Below, piece after piece: positions 1-9,553 of a stretch of 35,567 nt of DNA. Both the position numbers and the translations under genes were made by a program. Each line of letters starts with the position of its first letter. Within the stretch, counting starts at the first letter, position 1. The notes under the pieces are model-generated. The model did not search any database, was not told where the DNA came from, and saw only the letters and a list, made by a program, of their open reading frames with translations. The DNA is from Thermomicrobiales bacterium (GTDB lineage: Bacteria > Chloroflexota > Chloroflexia > Thermomicrobiales > UBA6265). Location: positions 1 to 35,567 of the forward strand of contig DATGPC010000323.1 in assembly GCA_035305265.1 (NCBI GenBank), written 5' to 3'.

Positions 1-755
1 TCGTCCGGGATGATATGCAGCTCGAGCGCGTCGAGATACGGACGCCCTTCCAGCCAGTAATCCGGGTTCTTCTCCAGCCGGACAACGGAGTTCGGGATGT
101 ACTCGACGAACCGGAACGGCCCCGTCCCGATCATCTCGAGCTTGAGGTCACCCCGATCCTCGACCTCTTCCTGCGGCACCACGGAGAGGCCGCGGCGGCA
201 CAGGGCAGCGAGGAACGACGCGTCCGGATTCTTCAGCGTGATCACCACCGTCGACGCGTCTGGCGCATCGATGGTATCGATGCTGGAGGTGTACTCCTGC
301 CAGGGCGACCCGGTGTCCGGGTTCATCACACGCCCGAAGCTGTAGACTACGTCGTCGGCCGTCATCTCCCGCCCGTTGTGGAACGTGACGCCGGTACGCA
401 GCCGGAACGTATACGTCAGGCCGTCCTCGGACACCTCGTAGGACTCTGCCAGGCGAGGCTGCGGCACGAGCGACTCGTCCTCATGCATCAGGCTCTCGTA
501 CACCTGGTCGATGACCAGCGAGGCCGCGTCGAGGACCACGAGATGGGGATCCAGCTCGGCCGGGTCACCCTGCACGCCGACGCGCAATGTTCCGCCGGGA
601 ACGCCCTCGGGCGATGCAGCAGGGCTCGCCTCCTGACCGGAAATTCGCGTGCCCGACATCCAGAGCGCGGCCGCTCCGGCGGTACCGCCAACAACAGTGC
701 GGCGGGAAAACGCTGCGGGCATGAGGGATTCGGGTGATGGCTGATCGATGCTCAT
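1..755 (-). CDS. ABC transporter substrate-binding protein, family 5 (peptide/nickel/opine type), N-terminal part; the 3' end lies beyond the left window edge
   Basis: Absent from the ORF track because it runs off the window. My reverse-strand translation from the ATG at 755 has no stops: MSIDQPSPESLMPAAFSRRTVVGGTAGAAALW (twin-arginine signal) ... GGTLRVGVQGDPAELDPH ... GLTYTFRLRTGVTFHNG ... MIGTGPFRFVEYIPNSVVRLEKNPDYWLEGRPYLDALELHIIPD. Roughly half the residues are identical by eye to the neighbouring SBP at 915..2558. Confidence 0.85.
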   Translation of the reverse strand, partial: MSIDQPSPESLMPAAFSRRTVVGGTAGAAALWMSGTRISGQEASPAASPEGVPGGTLRVGVQGDPAELDPHLVVLDAASLVIDQVYESLMHEDESLVPQPRLAESYEVSEDGLTYTFRLRTGVTFHNGREMTADDVVYSFGRVMNPDTGSPWQEYTSSIDTIDAPDASTVVITLKNPDASFLAALCRRGLSVVPQEEVEDRGDLKLEMIGTGPFRFVEYIPNSVVRLEKNPDYWLEGRPYLDALELHIIPD

Positions 756-871
756 GGGCAAGTCCTCTTCTGTTCCGGCGAACACTCGCGTTCGACCTTC
801 ACTGTACTACGCCCCCGGCACCAACCGGGCCAGCCCGATCACCGGATATGCCCACCCATAGGAACTCCGAA

Positions 872-898
872 ACGGAGCCGGCATGGTGCCGGCTCCGT
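872..898 (-). terminator. Stem-loop downstream of the 915..2558 SBP gene (candidate intrinsic terminator)
   Basis: 12-bp perfect arms ACGGAGCCGGCA / TGCCGGCTCCGT around a 3-nt loop, 17 nt after the stop. On the minus strand it is followed by TTCGG only, so the U-tract is weak. Confidence 0.45.
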
Positions 899-914
899 CG
901 TGCGTGCCCTCGGC

Positions 915-2558
915 CTACTGGTCGAGCCAGGTCTCCTTGAAGGAAACGTTCGAGCCCGTCGCGATGTGGACGTAGCCCTTGACGTAGTCCTTCATCGCCT
1001 CGTACTGGCTGGCGATGAAGAGGTTCACCCAGTTCACGTCCTCCAGGATGATCTCCTGGATGCGGCGGTAGATCTGCGCCCGCTCTTCCTGGTCGGTCGC
1101 TTCCTTACCCTGCTGGACAAGCTCATCCATCTCCGGGTTGCTGTAGCCCGTGCCGTTCCGCGTCCCGCCGGTCACGAAGCTCGGCTCGACGACGTCGTTC
1201 GGGTCAACGTACGCGCTGGTACCGGTGACCGAGAGGTCGAAGTTGCCAGCGAAGTAGTTCTCGAGGTAGATCGCGTTCTCCTCGAACCGCGTATCGGCCT
1301 CGATCCCGATCTGCTTCAGCTGCTCCTGGATCACGATCGCCGCGTTCGAGAGGAACGGGTACTGCGCCCACGAATGGAGCTCGGTGGTGAAGCCGTCCGG
1401 GTATCCCGCCTCCGCCAGCAGTGCCTTCGCGCCCTCGATATCCGGCTCCGGGATCTCCGACTCGAAGCCCGCCCAGAACGTTGCCGGGAACAGGATGTTC
1501 GTCGCAGTACCCGCGCCGAATACCGCCGAATCGATGATCGGCTGCCGGTCGATCACCATCGCGATAGCCTTCCGCACCTCGGGGATGTTGAACGGCTCGC
1601 GGGAGACATTGATGTCCATGTAACGGATGTTGGTGTTCTCGTCACCCGTCACGACGATCGTGTCGTCCGCCTCGTAGATCGGCAGGTCCTGCGCCGGGGC
1701 GTACTCGATGAAATCGACCGTGCCGGAGGTCAGGGCCGTCGAGCGCGAGGTGGCGTCAGGAATAATCTGCATCTCCATCGCGTCGACGTAGGGCTTGCCC
1801 TCTTCCCAGTACTCCGGGTTCGCCGTCAGGCTGACCATCGAGTTCGGGACGTACTCCTCGAAGACGAACGGGCCGGTACCGACCATGACCTGCATCAGGT
1901 CGCCGTTCTCCTCAACGGTCTCGCGCGGCACGACCTTCAGGGAGTTGCCCATCAGCTTGGCGAGGAACGACGCGTCCGGCGCCTTCATCGTCATGACGAC
2001 GGTGTAGTCGTCGGGAATCTCGATGGACTCGACGCCGGAAAGATCGTCGGTGGCCGGCGACGCCGTCTCCGGGTCCAGGATGCGCTCGAAGCTGTACTTG
2101 ACGTCCTCCGCGACAAACTCGCGGCTGACCGGGGGATGGAACATCACACCCTGGCGCAGGTTGAAGGTGTAGGTCAGCCCGTCCTCGGAGATTTCCCAGG
2201 ACTCGGCGAGTGCCGGCACCGGCTCCAACGCCGCGTTTGTCGAGAGCAGGCCCTCGTACACGTGCTCGATAACGTGCCACGCGGCCGTCAGGTTGGTCTT
2301 GTGCGGGTCGAGCTCAGCCGGGTCGGCCGAGAGCCCCACACGCAGCGTGCCGCCGCGCACCGGCTCCGGGGACGCTTCCTGCCCCGCCGCGGCCTTCGGG
2401 CGGTTGCCGACCGCACCGAGCGCCATCATCGCTGGCACGGAAAGGCCGAGCGCCGCGCCCTTCTGCATCGCCTGACGACGATTGAGGGAGCCGTCCATCA
2501 CCTTGGACGCAAGTTCGAGGAACGTATTGGCGTGGTTTGTCGCCGTTTCATGAGACAT
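915..2558 (-). CDS. ABC transporter substrate-binding protein, family 5 (peptide/nickel/opine type)
   Basis: Track ORF 915..2858 trimmed to the ATG at 2558 (MSHETATNH...), which follows AGGAG. Tat-like N-terminus NRRQAMQKGAALGLSVPAMMALG. Family-5 hallmarks GGTLRVGLSADPAELDPHK, GLTYTFNLRQGVMFH, VGTGPFVFEEYVPNS, NPEYWEEGKPYVDAMEMQIIPD. Confidence 0.9.
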   Translation of the reverse strand: MSHETATNHANTFLELASKVMDGSLNRRQAMQKGAALGLSVPAMMALGAVGNRPKAAAGQEASPEPVRGGTLRVGLSADPAELDPHKTNLTAAWHVIEHVYEGLLSTNAALEPVPALAESWEISEDGLTYTFNLRQGVMFHPPVSREFVAEDVKYSFERILDPETASPATDDLSGVESIEIPDDYTVVMTMKAPDASFLAKLMGNSLKVVPRETVEENGDLMQVMVGTGPFVFEEYVPNSMVSLTANPEYWEEGKPYVDAMEMQIIPDATSRSTALTSGTVDFIEYAPAQDLPIYEADDTIVVTGDENTNIRYMDINVSREPFNIPEVRKAIAMVIDRQPIIDSAVFGAGTATNILFPATFWAGFESEIPEPDIEGAKALLAEAGYPDGFTTELHSWAQYPFLSNAAIVIQEQLKQIGIEADTRFEENAIYLENYFAGNFDLSVTGTSAYVDPNDVVEPSFVTGGTRNGTGYSNPEMDELVQQGKEATDQEERAQIYRRIQEIILEDVNWVNLFIASQYEAMKDYVKGYVHIATGSNVSFKETWLDQ

Positions 2559-2909
2559 GGTGCATCGCTCCTGATCACTACCGTATGCATGAACGCCATT
2601 CAAAAACAGTCCCGAAATGCGTGGAAATCGGGCAACGGTCAACCGGCCCACCAGTTCACACCGGCAGCCGGACGGCCATTTGACCCGGACGCTCCATTGC
2701 ATCCTTCTACGCCCCTTCATCGGGAGTTCGTCGCATGAGTATATGGTCGACTCGACGCTCGCACAACCGTAAAGCTGCCGCAGCCCGAGCCTTTTTGATG
2801 TACGCATGCCTGACCTGCCATCGTGCACCCATGCCGTATACTGGGGCAACACCGACAACCTACAGGCTGGCTGTCTCCTGGCGGAGACGTATCAAGGAGC
2901 ATCATCACG

Positions 2910-4214
2910 ATGTCATCACTTCAGACCCGCCGAGGCCGTTCGCGTATTTCGACTGTTGGCATGACCCGTAGGGACACCGTCAAGTCGATGTTGTTCGTCG
3001 GCGGAGCCATGGTGTTCCATGGTTTCGGCAAGCCGACGCAGGCCGTGGCCCAGGGGAGCACCCGCCTGGTGCAGTGGTATCACCAGTACGGCGAGGCAGG
3101 CACCGAAGAGGCGGTGAAACGCTATGCCGCCGCGTACACCGAGGAGAATCCCGACGTCGAGATCGAGGTGAACTGGCAGCTCGGCGATTACGGTGCGGCC
3201 CTCAATGCCGCCCTCCTGACGGACGAAGCACCAGACATCTTCGAGCTCGGCGGACCGCCCACGGTCGACCACCTCCGCCAAAACCAGATCACCTCACTCG
3301 AGGACATTTTCTCCGACGAGATAAGGGAGGATTTCCGCCCGGCGACGCTCGAGGCATGTAGCATCGACGGCACCATCTACGCCGTGAAGATGATCGAGGA
3401 TACGGGCGGCGTCTTCTATCGAAAGAGCCTCCTGGAGGAAGCGGGCCTCGAACCGCCTGATTCGCTGGACGCGATGATCGAGGCTGCGACGGCGCTCAGT
3501 TCCGGACGCGTCAAGGGCCTGTTTGTCGGCAACGACGCGGGGATCGGCGCGCTGGGTGGTCCGATCCTGTGGTCCGCTGGCGGTGATTTCCTCAACGAGG
3601 ACGCCACCGCCCCGGCCTTCAACACGGAACGCGTCGCCGCTGCGTGGACGAAGTACGGCGAGTTCGCCCGGGGCGACGCCCTCCTGATGGGCGCTCCGAC
3701 GGATTACTGGGATCCATCGGCGTTCAACCAGAACCTGTGCGCCATGCAGTTCACCGGTCTCTGGGCCGTTCCGGCCATGACCGAGGCGCTCGGCGACGAT
3801 TACGGCGTGATCCCCTGGCCCAAGTCGGACGACGAGGGCGAACCTTCGACGTTCTGGGGTGGCTGGTACGAATGCGTCAACGGCAACGGCCAGAACATCG
3901 ATGCGGCCAAGGCCTTCGTCAAATGGCTCTGGATCGACAATACCGAGCTGCAGGAAGACTGGTGCCTGAGCTACGGCTTCCACATCCCGGCGCGCATCTC
4001 CCTCAGCCAGACGGCTGAGCCGCTGGAATCCGGCGTGGCCGCCGACATGGTCACGATCCTCGATGAAAACGCCCGGCTGGGATCCGTTCGCTGGACCGCC
4101 GCCATGGGAACCGCCTACACCGATGCGGTCACGAACATCGTCCGGAACGGCGCCGACGCGGCCGAGGAGCTCGCCAAGGCGGAAGAAACCGTGATCGCCG
4201 AGCTCGAGCGCTAG
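2910..4214 (+). CDS. ABC sugar transporter substrate-binding protein, family 1 (CUT1 type)
   Basis: Track ORF 2823..4214 trimmed to the ATG at 2910, preceded by AAGGAG at 2894..2899. Tat-like MTRRDTVKSMLFVGGAMVF. Typical family-1 SBP composition (WYHQYGEAGTEEAVKRYAAAYTEENPDVEIEV, FTGLWAVPAM) and followed by two MalF/MalG-type permeases. Confidence 0.85.
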   Translation: MSSLQTRRGRSRISTVGMTRRDTVKSMLFVGGAMVFHGFGKPTQAVAQGSTRLVQWYHQYGEAGTEEAVKRYAAAYTEENPDVEIEVNWQLGDYGAALNAALLTDEAPDIFELGGPPTVDHLRQNQITSLEDIFSDEIREDFRPATLEACSIDGTIYAVKMIEDTGGVFYRKSLLEEAGLEPPDSLDAMIEAATALSSGRVKGLFVGNDAGIGALGGPILWSAGGDFLNEDATAPAFNTERVAAAWTKYGEFARGDALLMGAPTDYWDPSAFNQNLCAMQFTGLWAVPAMTEALGDDYGVIPWPKSDDEGEPSTFWGGWYECVNGNGQNIDAAKAFVKWLWIDNTELQEDWCLSYGFHIPARISLSQTAEPLESGVAADMVTILDENARLGSVRWTAAMGTAYTDAVTNIVRNGADAAEELAKAEETVIAELER

Positions 4215-4243
4215 GGCGATCGTCGCGCTCGTCCGACCGGCTC

Positions 4244-4278
4244 ACACGGGTGACGTTTCAGCGAAGCGTCACCCGTGT
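4244..4278 (+). other. Intercistronic stem-loop directly after the sugar SBP gene
   Basis: 12-bp arms ACACGGGTGACG / CGTCACCCGTGT with an 11-nt loop, 30 nt after the SBP stop. No clear U-tract. Confidence 0.5.
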
Positions 4279-4316
4279 CCCGACGCGCACGCTTCGAACG
4301 CTCCAGGACGCTATCT

Positions 4317-5270
4317 ATGGACATTCCCGAGAACTCGATCGTCACGGTCAAGGTGCCCTGGTGGCGCCAGACCCGATGGGAAGCGACCTTCGCGTTCCTT
4401 TTCTTCGTCGCGCCCCTTGTCCTTGGCCTGCTCGTCTTCACCTATATCCCGATCGTCTGGGGCTTCCTGATCAGCTTCTCGGACGCCCGGAACACGATTG
4501 ACATTGGTGACTGGGTCGGACTCGACAACTACCGCGCGATGCTGACGAACTCCGAGTTCCTGCGCTCGCTTCGCACGATCCTCATCTTCGCGATCTTCAT
4601 CGTCCCGACCACGTTCTTCTTCGCGCTCGGCCTGGCCGTGCTCGTGAACAGCGTGGGGTTCGGACGCGCCTTCTTCCGCTCGGCGTTTTTCATCCCGACC
4701 GCGGTGTCCTACGTCGTCGCGTCGATCGTCTGGAAAATGGGCATCTTCAACGGCCTGCCCTACGGCTTCGCCAACATGGTGCTCTACTGGTTCGGCAGCG
4801 ACCGCGTGATCGCCTGGATCGGCGAAACGAGCCCTCCCTGGTACTGGCTCGTGCTCGTCACCGTGCGACTCTGGCTCCAGGTCGGGTTCTATATGATCAT
4901 CTTCATCGCCGGCCTGCAGGAGATCGACCAGTCCATCTACGAAGCCAGCTACGTCGATGGCGGCAAGCCGGGCTGGCGAACGTTCTGGACGATCACCTTC
5001 CCGCTCCTGCGCAACACGTCCATCGCCGTGCTGGTCCTGAACTTCATCGCGGCCTTCCAGGCGTTCGACGAGTTCATCAACATCCTTGGTGGCGTTGGCT
5101 CTACCGGCAACATCAGTCTCGCCCGCCCACCGCTCGTCTTCCTGTACCAGACCGCGATCGGGCAACAGGATTACGGCCGGGGATCGGCCGGAGCCATCAT
5201 CCTGGCCGCGATCATCATTGGCGTCACCATCGTCCAGGGCCGGCTCTTCGGCTTCGGCCGCCGCGCCTGA
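4317..5270 (+). CDS. ABC sugar transporter permease (MalF/UgpA-like, CUT1)
   Basis: Track ORF 4275..5270. I prefer the ATG at 4317 (MDIPENS...) because the GTG at 4275 lies inside the 4244..4278 hairpin. Multi-pass membrane protein with an EAA-type loop (EASYVDGGKPGWRTFWTITFPLLR). Confidence 0.85.
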   Translation: MDIPENSIVTVKVPWWRQTRWEATFAFLFFVAPLVLGLLVFTYIPIVWGFLISFSDARNTIDIGDWVGLDNYRAMLTNSEFLRSLRTILIFAIFIVPTTFFFALGLAVLVNSVGFGRAFFRSAFFIPTAVSYVVASIVWKMGIFNGLPYGFANMVLYWFGSDRVIAWIGETSPPWYWLVLVTVRLWLQVGFYMIIFIAGLQEIDQSIYEASYVDGGKPGWRTFWTITFPLLRNTSIAVLVLNFIAAFQAFDEFINILGGVGSTGNISLARPPLVFLYQTAIGQQDYGRGSAGAIILAAIIIGVTIVQGRLFGFGRRA

Positions 5271-5284
5271 TCGGAGGATTCGCT

Positions 5285-6184
5285 GTGGCATCCACCCGCG
5301 AGATCAACGACCCGACCTACGGCCGCCTCGTCCGCCCCAACCGAACGTCCACGCGCGTCGGCCCGATCATCTCCCTGGCCCTGAGGTACGCCGTGCTGAT
5401 CGTGCTGGCGCTCACCTTCCTGTTCCCCTTCTACCTGATCGTCCGAAACGCTTTGATGACCCAGGCGGAGATCACCGGGTTCGACTGGGTCTGGTGGCCG
5501 GAAACGCCGCAATGGAGCAACTTTACCGACCTCTTCGACGACACCTCGATCAACATGGCCTCCGGCCTGCGCGCCTCGGCCATCATCGCGGTGGTCAATC
5601 TCGTGCTCCAGACACTCTTCGCCTCCATGGCCGGATACGCGCTCGCCCGGATACCATTCAGGTGGCGAGAGTATTTCTTCGTCTACGTGCTCCTGACCCT
5701 GATGATCCCCGGCGCGGTGACCTTTGTCCCGACCTATGTCGTGGTAGCCGAGCTGGGCGGCATCAACACCCTGTGGGGCATCGTCGTTCCCGGGCTCTTC
5801 AGCGGTTTCGCGACCTTCCTGTTCCGGCAGTTCTATCTCGACTTCCCGGCCGAGCTGGAAGAAGCGGGACGACTCGACGGCAACAGCTATATCGGCGTCT
5901 ATTTCCGTCTCTTGCTCCCGAACTCGCTCGGGATCATGGCGGCCCTCGGCGTCCTGAGCTTCATCGGCAGCTGGAACGCATTCCTGTGGCCTGTCATCGT
6001 CGGCCAGTCGCCGGAGACGCGCACGGTCCAGGTTGTCCTCTCGACATTCCTGACGGCGCAAACCATCAACCTTCCAGCCCTGTTCGCCGGAGCCGCCGTC
6101 GGCGCCGCACCGCTGGTGATCGTCTTCCTGTTGCTCCAGCGCTACATCGTCCAGGGGGTCCGTATGTCCGGCATCAAGGGATGA
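5285..6184 (+). CDS. ABC sugar transporter permease (MalG/UgpE-like, CUT1)
   Basis: GTG start at 5285, 6 nt after GGAGGA (5273..5278). EAA-type loop EEAGRLDGNSYIGVYFRLLLP. Six predicted hydrophobic segments. Confidence 0.88.
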   Translation: MASTREINDPTYGRLVRPNRTSTRVGPIISLALRYAVLIVLALTFLFPFYLIVRNALMTQAEITGFDWVWWPETPQWSNFTDLFDDTSINMASGLRASAIIAVVNLVLQTLFASMAGYALARIPFRWREYFFVYVLLTLMIPGAVTFVPTYVVVAELGGINTLWGIVVPGLFSGFATFLFRQFYLDFPAELEEAGRLDGNSYIGVYFRLLLPNSLGIMAALGVLSFIGSWNAFLWPVIVGQSPETRTVQVVLSTFLTAQTINLPALFAGAAVGAAPLVIVFLLLQRYIVQGVRMSGIKG

Positions 6185-6259
6185 GGCGACTCCCCGGGGG
6201 CGGCAAGTCACGATAGACTTCCTCCAGACCGTCAGCCACCGTGATCAAAGGAGTGTTCA

Positions 6260-6709
6260 GTGGGAATGGAAATCACCGGGGAGCATAAGGTCCCGGCATC
6301 GCAGGAAGCCACCTATGACGCCATGCTCGACCCTGAGGTGCTGAAGGGCGCCCTGCCCGGCTGCGAGCGGCTCGAGGAAGTCGGCGAGAACGAGTACGTC
6401 GCGACGATGACCATCGGCGTCGCCATGATCAAGGGCAAGTACGACGGCAAGGTGAAGATCACCGACCTCAACCGCCCGAACAGCTTCACGATGCATATCG
6501 AGGGCAAGGGACCGCAGGGCCAGCTCAGCGGCGTGGGCGACCTCACCTTCGAAGCGATCGACGAGAACAACACTCTCGTGAAGTACCGGGGCGACGCCAA
6601 TGTCCGCGGCATGCTCGCCCGCATCGGCGCCCGCGTCGTGCAGCCGGCGACAAAGATGATCGTCGGCAAGTTCTTCGACGAGATGACCTCGCAGATGAAG
6701 AAGGCCTGA
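6260..6709 (+). CDS. SRPBCC-fold protein of the CoxG family (carbon monoxide dehydrogenase subunit G-like)
   Basis: GTG at 6260 after AAGGAG. The sequence MEITGEHKVPASQEATYDAMLDPEVLKGALPGCERLEEVGENEYVATMTIGVAMIKGKYDGKVKITD is a close match to my memory of CoxG-family proteins. No cox structural genes lie nearby. Confidence 0.8.
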   Translation: MGMEITGEHKVPASQEATYDAMLDPEVLKGALPGCERLEEVGENEYVATMTIGVAMIKGKYDGKVKITDLNRPNSFTMHIEGKGPQGQLSGVGDLTFEAIDENNTLVKYRGDANVRGMLARIGARVVQPATKMIVGKFFDEMTSQMKKA

Positions 6710-6724
6710 CGACGCCGCACAAAA

Positions 6725-6753
6725 GGGCCGGTGAGGAGCTTCCTCACCGGCCC
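6725..6753. terminator. Bidirectional intrinsic terminator between convergent genes
   Basis: AAAA-GGGCCGGTGAGGA-gct-TCCTCACCGGCCC-TTTT: 13-bp GC-rich perfect arms flanked by an A-tract and a T-tract, between the CoxG-like gene and the DUF917 gene. Confidence 0.8.
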
Positions 6754-6798
6754 TTTTCGGTTGAAGCGTTCCATGTTCCGGGCGGCCCAAATCAGCCG

Positions 6799-7878
6799 TC
6801 AATCCATGCGGCGCTGAACCGGGCTGAATGCAAAGTCGTACCCGAAATACTCCGGACCAACCAGTTCCAGGCCCTTCTCACTTCGCCAGCGATGATCGCT
6901 CGGAATGCCAAGGACGGCTACCCGGAAGCCATAGCGTAACGACTCCGTGGTGATTGGCTCCCCGGTTTCTGCGTCAAGCACGGTGATCAGGTCTGGCGTG
7001 GAGACGAGAACGTCGTCACCGTCCCGGGCGATCAGGAACTCGTTCTGGAAATCGATCTCGAGCGTACGGCCCTCATAGTCGCCCACGCCCTGAATCGACG
7101 CGGTCCCGCGAGCGAACCCGCCAACCGTTCTCCGGGCGACGTCTCCCACTTTTCCTTCCCAAATCGCGAAGCCGCCGGTTGCCTCACACACGGCTTCGAC
7201 AGGGTCGGTGTGTGCCTCATGCGATTCCCGGATAGCACCCCCGATGCGCTGGATCAGCGAAAGGGTTCCTGGGATGGTCGCCTTCTTGACCTGTTTTCCT
7301 GTCATCGGGAAGAGGGCGATCAGTGCCGAGGCTCCCATATCAACCGTCAGCGACCGGGCAAAGGTCTCCGTCCAGTGATTGCTGATCGTGTTGAGGACGG
7401 CGCTGTTCCCCTTATCGTCCGCAATCGCCATCGGGGTCGCCCCGATGCCCCAAATCGTCGGCGTCACCATCTGCAGCTCAGGGAAGGCGCGGCCCATGCC
7501 GTCCGCATCCACCACTGGCAGACCTTCGCGGGCGGCGACGGCGAACGGGATCATGGAGTTCACGCCTCCCGCCTCCATTGGCATGGTTGCCACAACCTCT
7601 TTGCCGAGATATTCGCCGAGCGACCGGATGGCGGTAATGACCTCATCGCCGGAGGGGATCTTCTCAACCATCACGGTGGGTGCGCCCATCATCGCGGTCG
7701 GAATGACAAGCGCCTCGTCGTCGAGCTCCTCCACATCGAGGAGGGTCACCGGAGGACGATCCTTCATCGCTGATCGCGCGAGGAGCTTGCCGATATACGG
7801 GTCTCCACCGCCTCCGGTGCCGAGAACCGCCGCTCCCATCGCGATATCGTCCAGATCGTGAATCGAAATGTCTCTCAT
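6799..7878 (-). CDS. DUF917-family protein (paralog a)
   Basis: N-terminal AVLGTGGGGDPYIGK and central LPVVDADGMGRAFPELQM motifs, ~360 aa, immediately downstream of a hydantoinase A-like gene. This is the usual DUF917 (PF06032) sequence and context as I recall it. Confidence 0.75.
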   Translation of the reverse strand: MRDISIHDLDDIAMGAAVLGTGGGGDPYIGKLLARSAMKDRPPVTLLDVEELDDEALVIPTAMMGAPTVMVEKIPSGDEVITAIRSLGEYLGKEVVATMPMEAGGVNSMIPFAVAAREGLPVVDADGMGRAFPELQMVTPTIWGIGATPMAIADDKGNSAVLNTISNHWTETFARSLTVDMGASALIALFPMTGKQVKKATIPGTLSLIQRIGGAIRESHEAHTDPVEAVCEATGGFAIWEGKVGDVARRTVGGFARGTASIQGVGDYEGRTLEIDFQNEFLIARDGDDVLVSTPDLITVLDAETGEPITTESLRYGFRVAVLGIPSDHRWRSEKGLELVGPEYFGYDFAFSPVQRRMD

Positions 7879-7919
7879 CGATGATCTCCCACCGCCTTGC
7901 TTGCCTCACGAACACCCGG

Positions 7920-9473
7920 TTAGGAGGGATTCATTGCCAGGTCACCCACGGCCTTGATCCGGATCCGGGTCGCGTTGCCCGGCAGGTACGCGAGCGGCAC
8001 GTCCTCGACATCGACGATCTGGATTGTCTCCGCGGCTGCACCGGCAGCGACGGCACGTCCCGTGGCCTCCGCCTTCGCGTCGGCGATCGCTTCGTCCCGG
8101 GACATGGCTTCAAGCGAGTACACGCGGTCGGTCTCGCCGGAGATCTGGGCGATGGCCGCACCGACGGCGTTTGCCGCCTCGTAATGGTCTGGCTTGACCA
8201 TCTGCGAGGCCCCCTCGACGTCGCGAGTGACGAGGACGCTACCACCGCCGACGACAATCACGGGCACCGGCTCCGAACTCGTCTTCATACGATCGACTGC
8301 CGTCTCCACCATTTCCTGTATTCGGCCCAGCGCCTTGGCCACGCCTTCGGGAGCGATGCTCGCGACCAGGGAAGCGTCACCGATCTCCGCCTTGCCCGCT
8401 GCCACCACGATATCGGTCGCCGTCAACGTGTCGCCGCCAAAGACCCGGGCCTGTTCCGTCAGTCGATAGCCCACGCTACGCGGACCAACAGTATTGGCGT
8501 CGAAATCCACGAGCGAGCCGCCACCGAGGCCTACTGAATAGACATCCGGCATACGGAAGTTCGTGCGAACACCTCCGACATCGACGGCAACCGATGCCTC
8601 GCGCGGGAAACCGTGGGTCAGCATGCCGACGTCCGACGTCGTGCCTCCGATATCGACCACGACGGCATTGTCCAGGCCAGAAAGGAAGGCAGCTCCACGC
8701 ATGGAGTTGGTCGGCCCAGAGGCGATGGTGAGTACCGGGAATGTCCGAGCGTAATCGGCCAGCATCAGTGTTCCGTCGTTCTGGGTGAGGTAGAGCGGCG
8801 CATCAATCCCCAGATCCGCGATCGACTGCTCGAAGGCCGTCATCGTCCGGTTTGCGAGATCGCGCAGGCAGGAGTTCAGGATGGCAGCGTTCTCGCGCTC
8901 GAGGAGCCCGATTCGCCCGATCTCGTTTGACTTCGTGATCATGACATCCGGGACGATCTCCGCGACGATCTCTGCCGCCTGCTCTTCGAGATCCGAGTTC
9001 ACGGGAGAGAAAACGCAGGAAATAGCGACCGCACGAATCCCCCTCGCGGCGATATCGCGGGCCGCTGTGCGGACTTCCTCCGGGTCGAAGTCAGAGATCT
9101 TGCGACCGTCGAATTCGTATCCTCCATGCACCAGGTAGGTCGAGCTCTCCATTGCCTCGACGAGGTCCTCGGGCCAGTCAATGAGCGGCGGAAGAGCCGC
9201 CGTCGCAGGCAGGCCGATGCGGATGATGCCGACTGGCTGGAGATGGCGGCGTTCGACGATCGCGTTGGTGAAATGCGTCGTACCGATCATCACCGCATCG
9301 ATCGCGTCCGTCTGCGCGCCAGACTGGTCCAACACACTTCGGATCGCGGTCGTGATGCCGCTGGTAACGTTCTCCGTGGTCGGTGTCTTCAGTTTGGCGA
9401 CAACCCGGCGGTTGTCCATCAGGACCGCGTCAGTGTTGGTTCCGCCAACGTCGACACCGATTCGCAGGCTCAT
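7920..9473 (-). CDS. Hydantoinase/oxoprolinase family protein (HyuA-like, ASKHA ATPase fold)
   Basis: Track ORF 7920..9686 trimmed to the ATG at 9473 (MSLRIGVDVGGTNTDAVL...), preceded by AGGAG. Second phosphate-binding-like motif VVVDIGGTTSDVGM. 517 aa. No HyuB-type partner gene is adjacent. Confidence 0.85.
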   Translation of the reverse strand: MSLRIGVDVGGTNTDAVLMDNRRVVAKLKTPTTENVTSGITTAIRSVLDQSGAQTDAIDAVMIGTTHFTNAIVERRHLQPVGIIRIGLPATAALPPLIDWPEDLVEAMESSTYLVHGGYEFDGRKISDFDPEEVRTAARDIAARGIRAVAISCVFSPVNSDLEEQAAEIVAEIVPDVMITKSNEIGRIGLLERENAAILNSCLRDLANRTMTAFEQSIADLGIDAPLYLTQNDGTLMLADYARTFPVLTIASGPTNSMRGAAFLSGLDNAVVVDIGGTTSDVGMLTHGFPREASVAVDVGGVRTNFRMPDVYSVGLGGGSLVDFDANTVGPRSVGYRLTEQARVFGGDTLTATDIVVAAGKAEIGDASLVASIAPEGVAKALGRIQEMVETAVDRMKTSSEPVPVIVVGGGSVLVTRDVEGASQMVKPDHYEAANAVGAAIAQISGETDRVYSLEAMSRDEAIADAKAEATGRAVAAGAAAETIQIVDVEDVPLAYLPGNATRIRIKAVGDLAMNPS

Positions 9474-9553
9474 GCTCTCTGTTCTCCTGATTCTGTCTTG
9501 TTCGGGATCGCATTCAAGGGCGCGCACCGGGGTGTTGAGGCTACGCCATGCGC

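Noticed and set aside
15-737. 240-aa plus-strand ORF at the left edge
   Set aside because: It is antisense to the partial family-5 SBP that I could translate without stops from 755 to the window edge, with clear family motifs.
900-2738. 612-aa plus-strand ORF
   Set aside because: It is antisense to a well-supported family-5 SBP gene. The translation is Arg/Leu/Val/Asp-rich low-complexity sequence, typical of shadow ORFs in GC-rich DNA, with no recognisable motifs.
2837-2842. TATACT as the -10 box of the sugar ABC operon promoter
   Set aside because: No acceptable -35 hexamer lies at 16-19 nt spacing; the best, CTGACC, is 21 nt away. The evidence is too weak to list as a feature.
4275-4316. 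GTG at 4275 as the start of the MalF-like permease (as in the ORF track)
   Set aside because: The codon lies inside the right arm of the 4244..4278 stem-loop, and the extra 14 residues are non-conserved and basic. The ATG at 4317 was preferred, although its SD is weak, so this remains uncertain.
5086-6216. 376-aa plus-strand ORF, and the 346-aa minus-strand ORF at 5171..6211
   Set aside because: They are out-of-frame or antisense overlaps of the MalG-like permease gene (5285..6184). Both are Arg/Pro-rich shadow translations.
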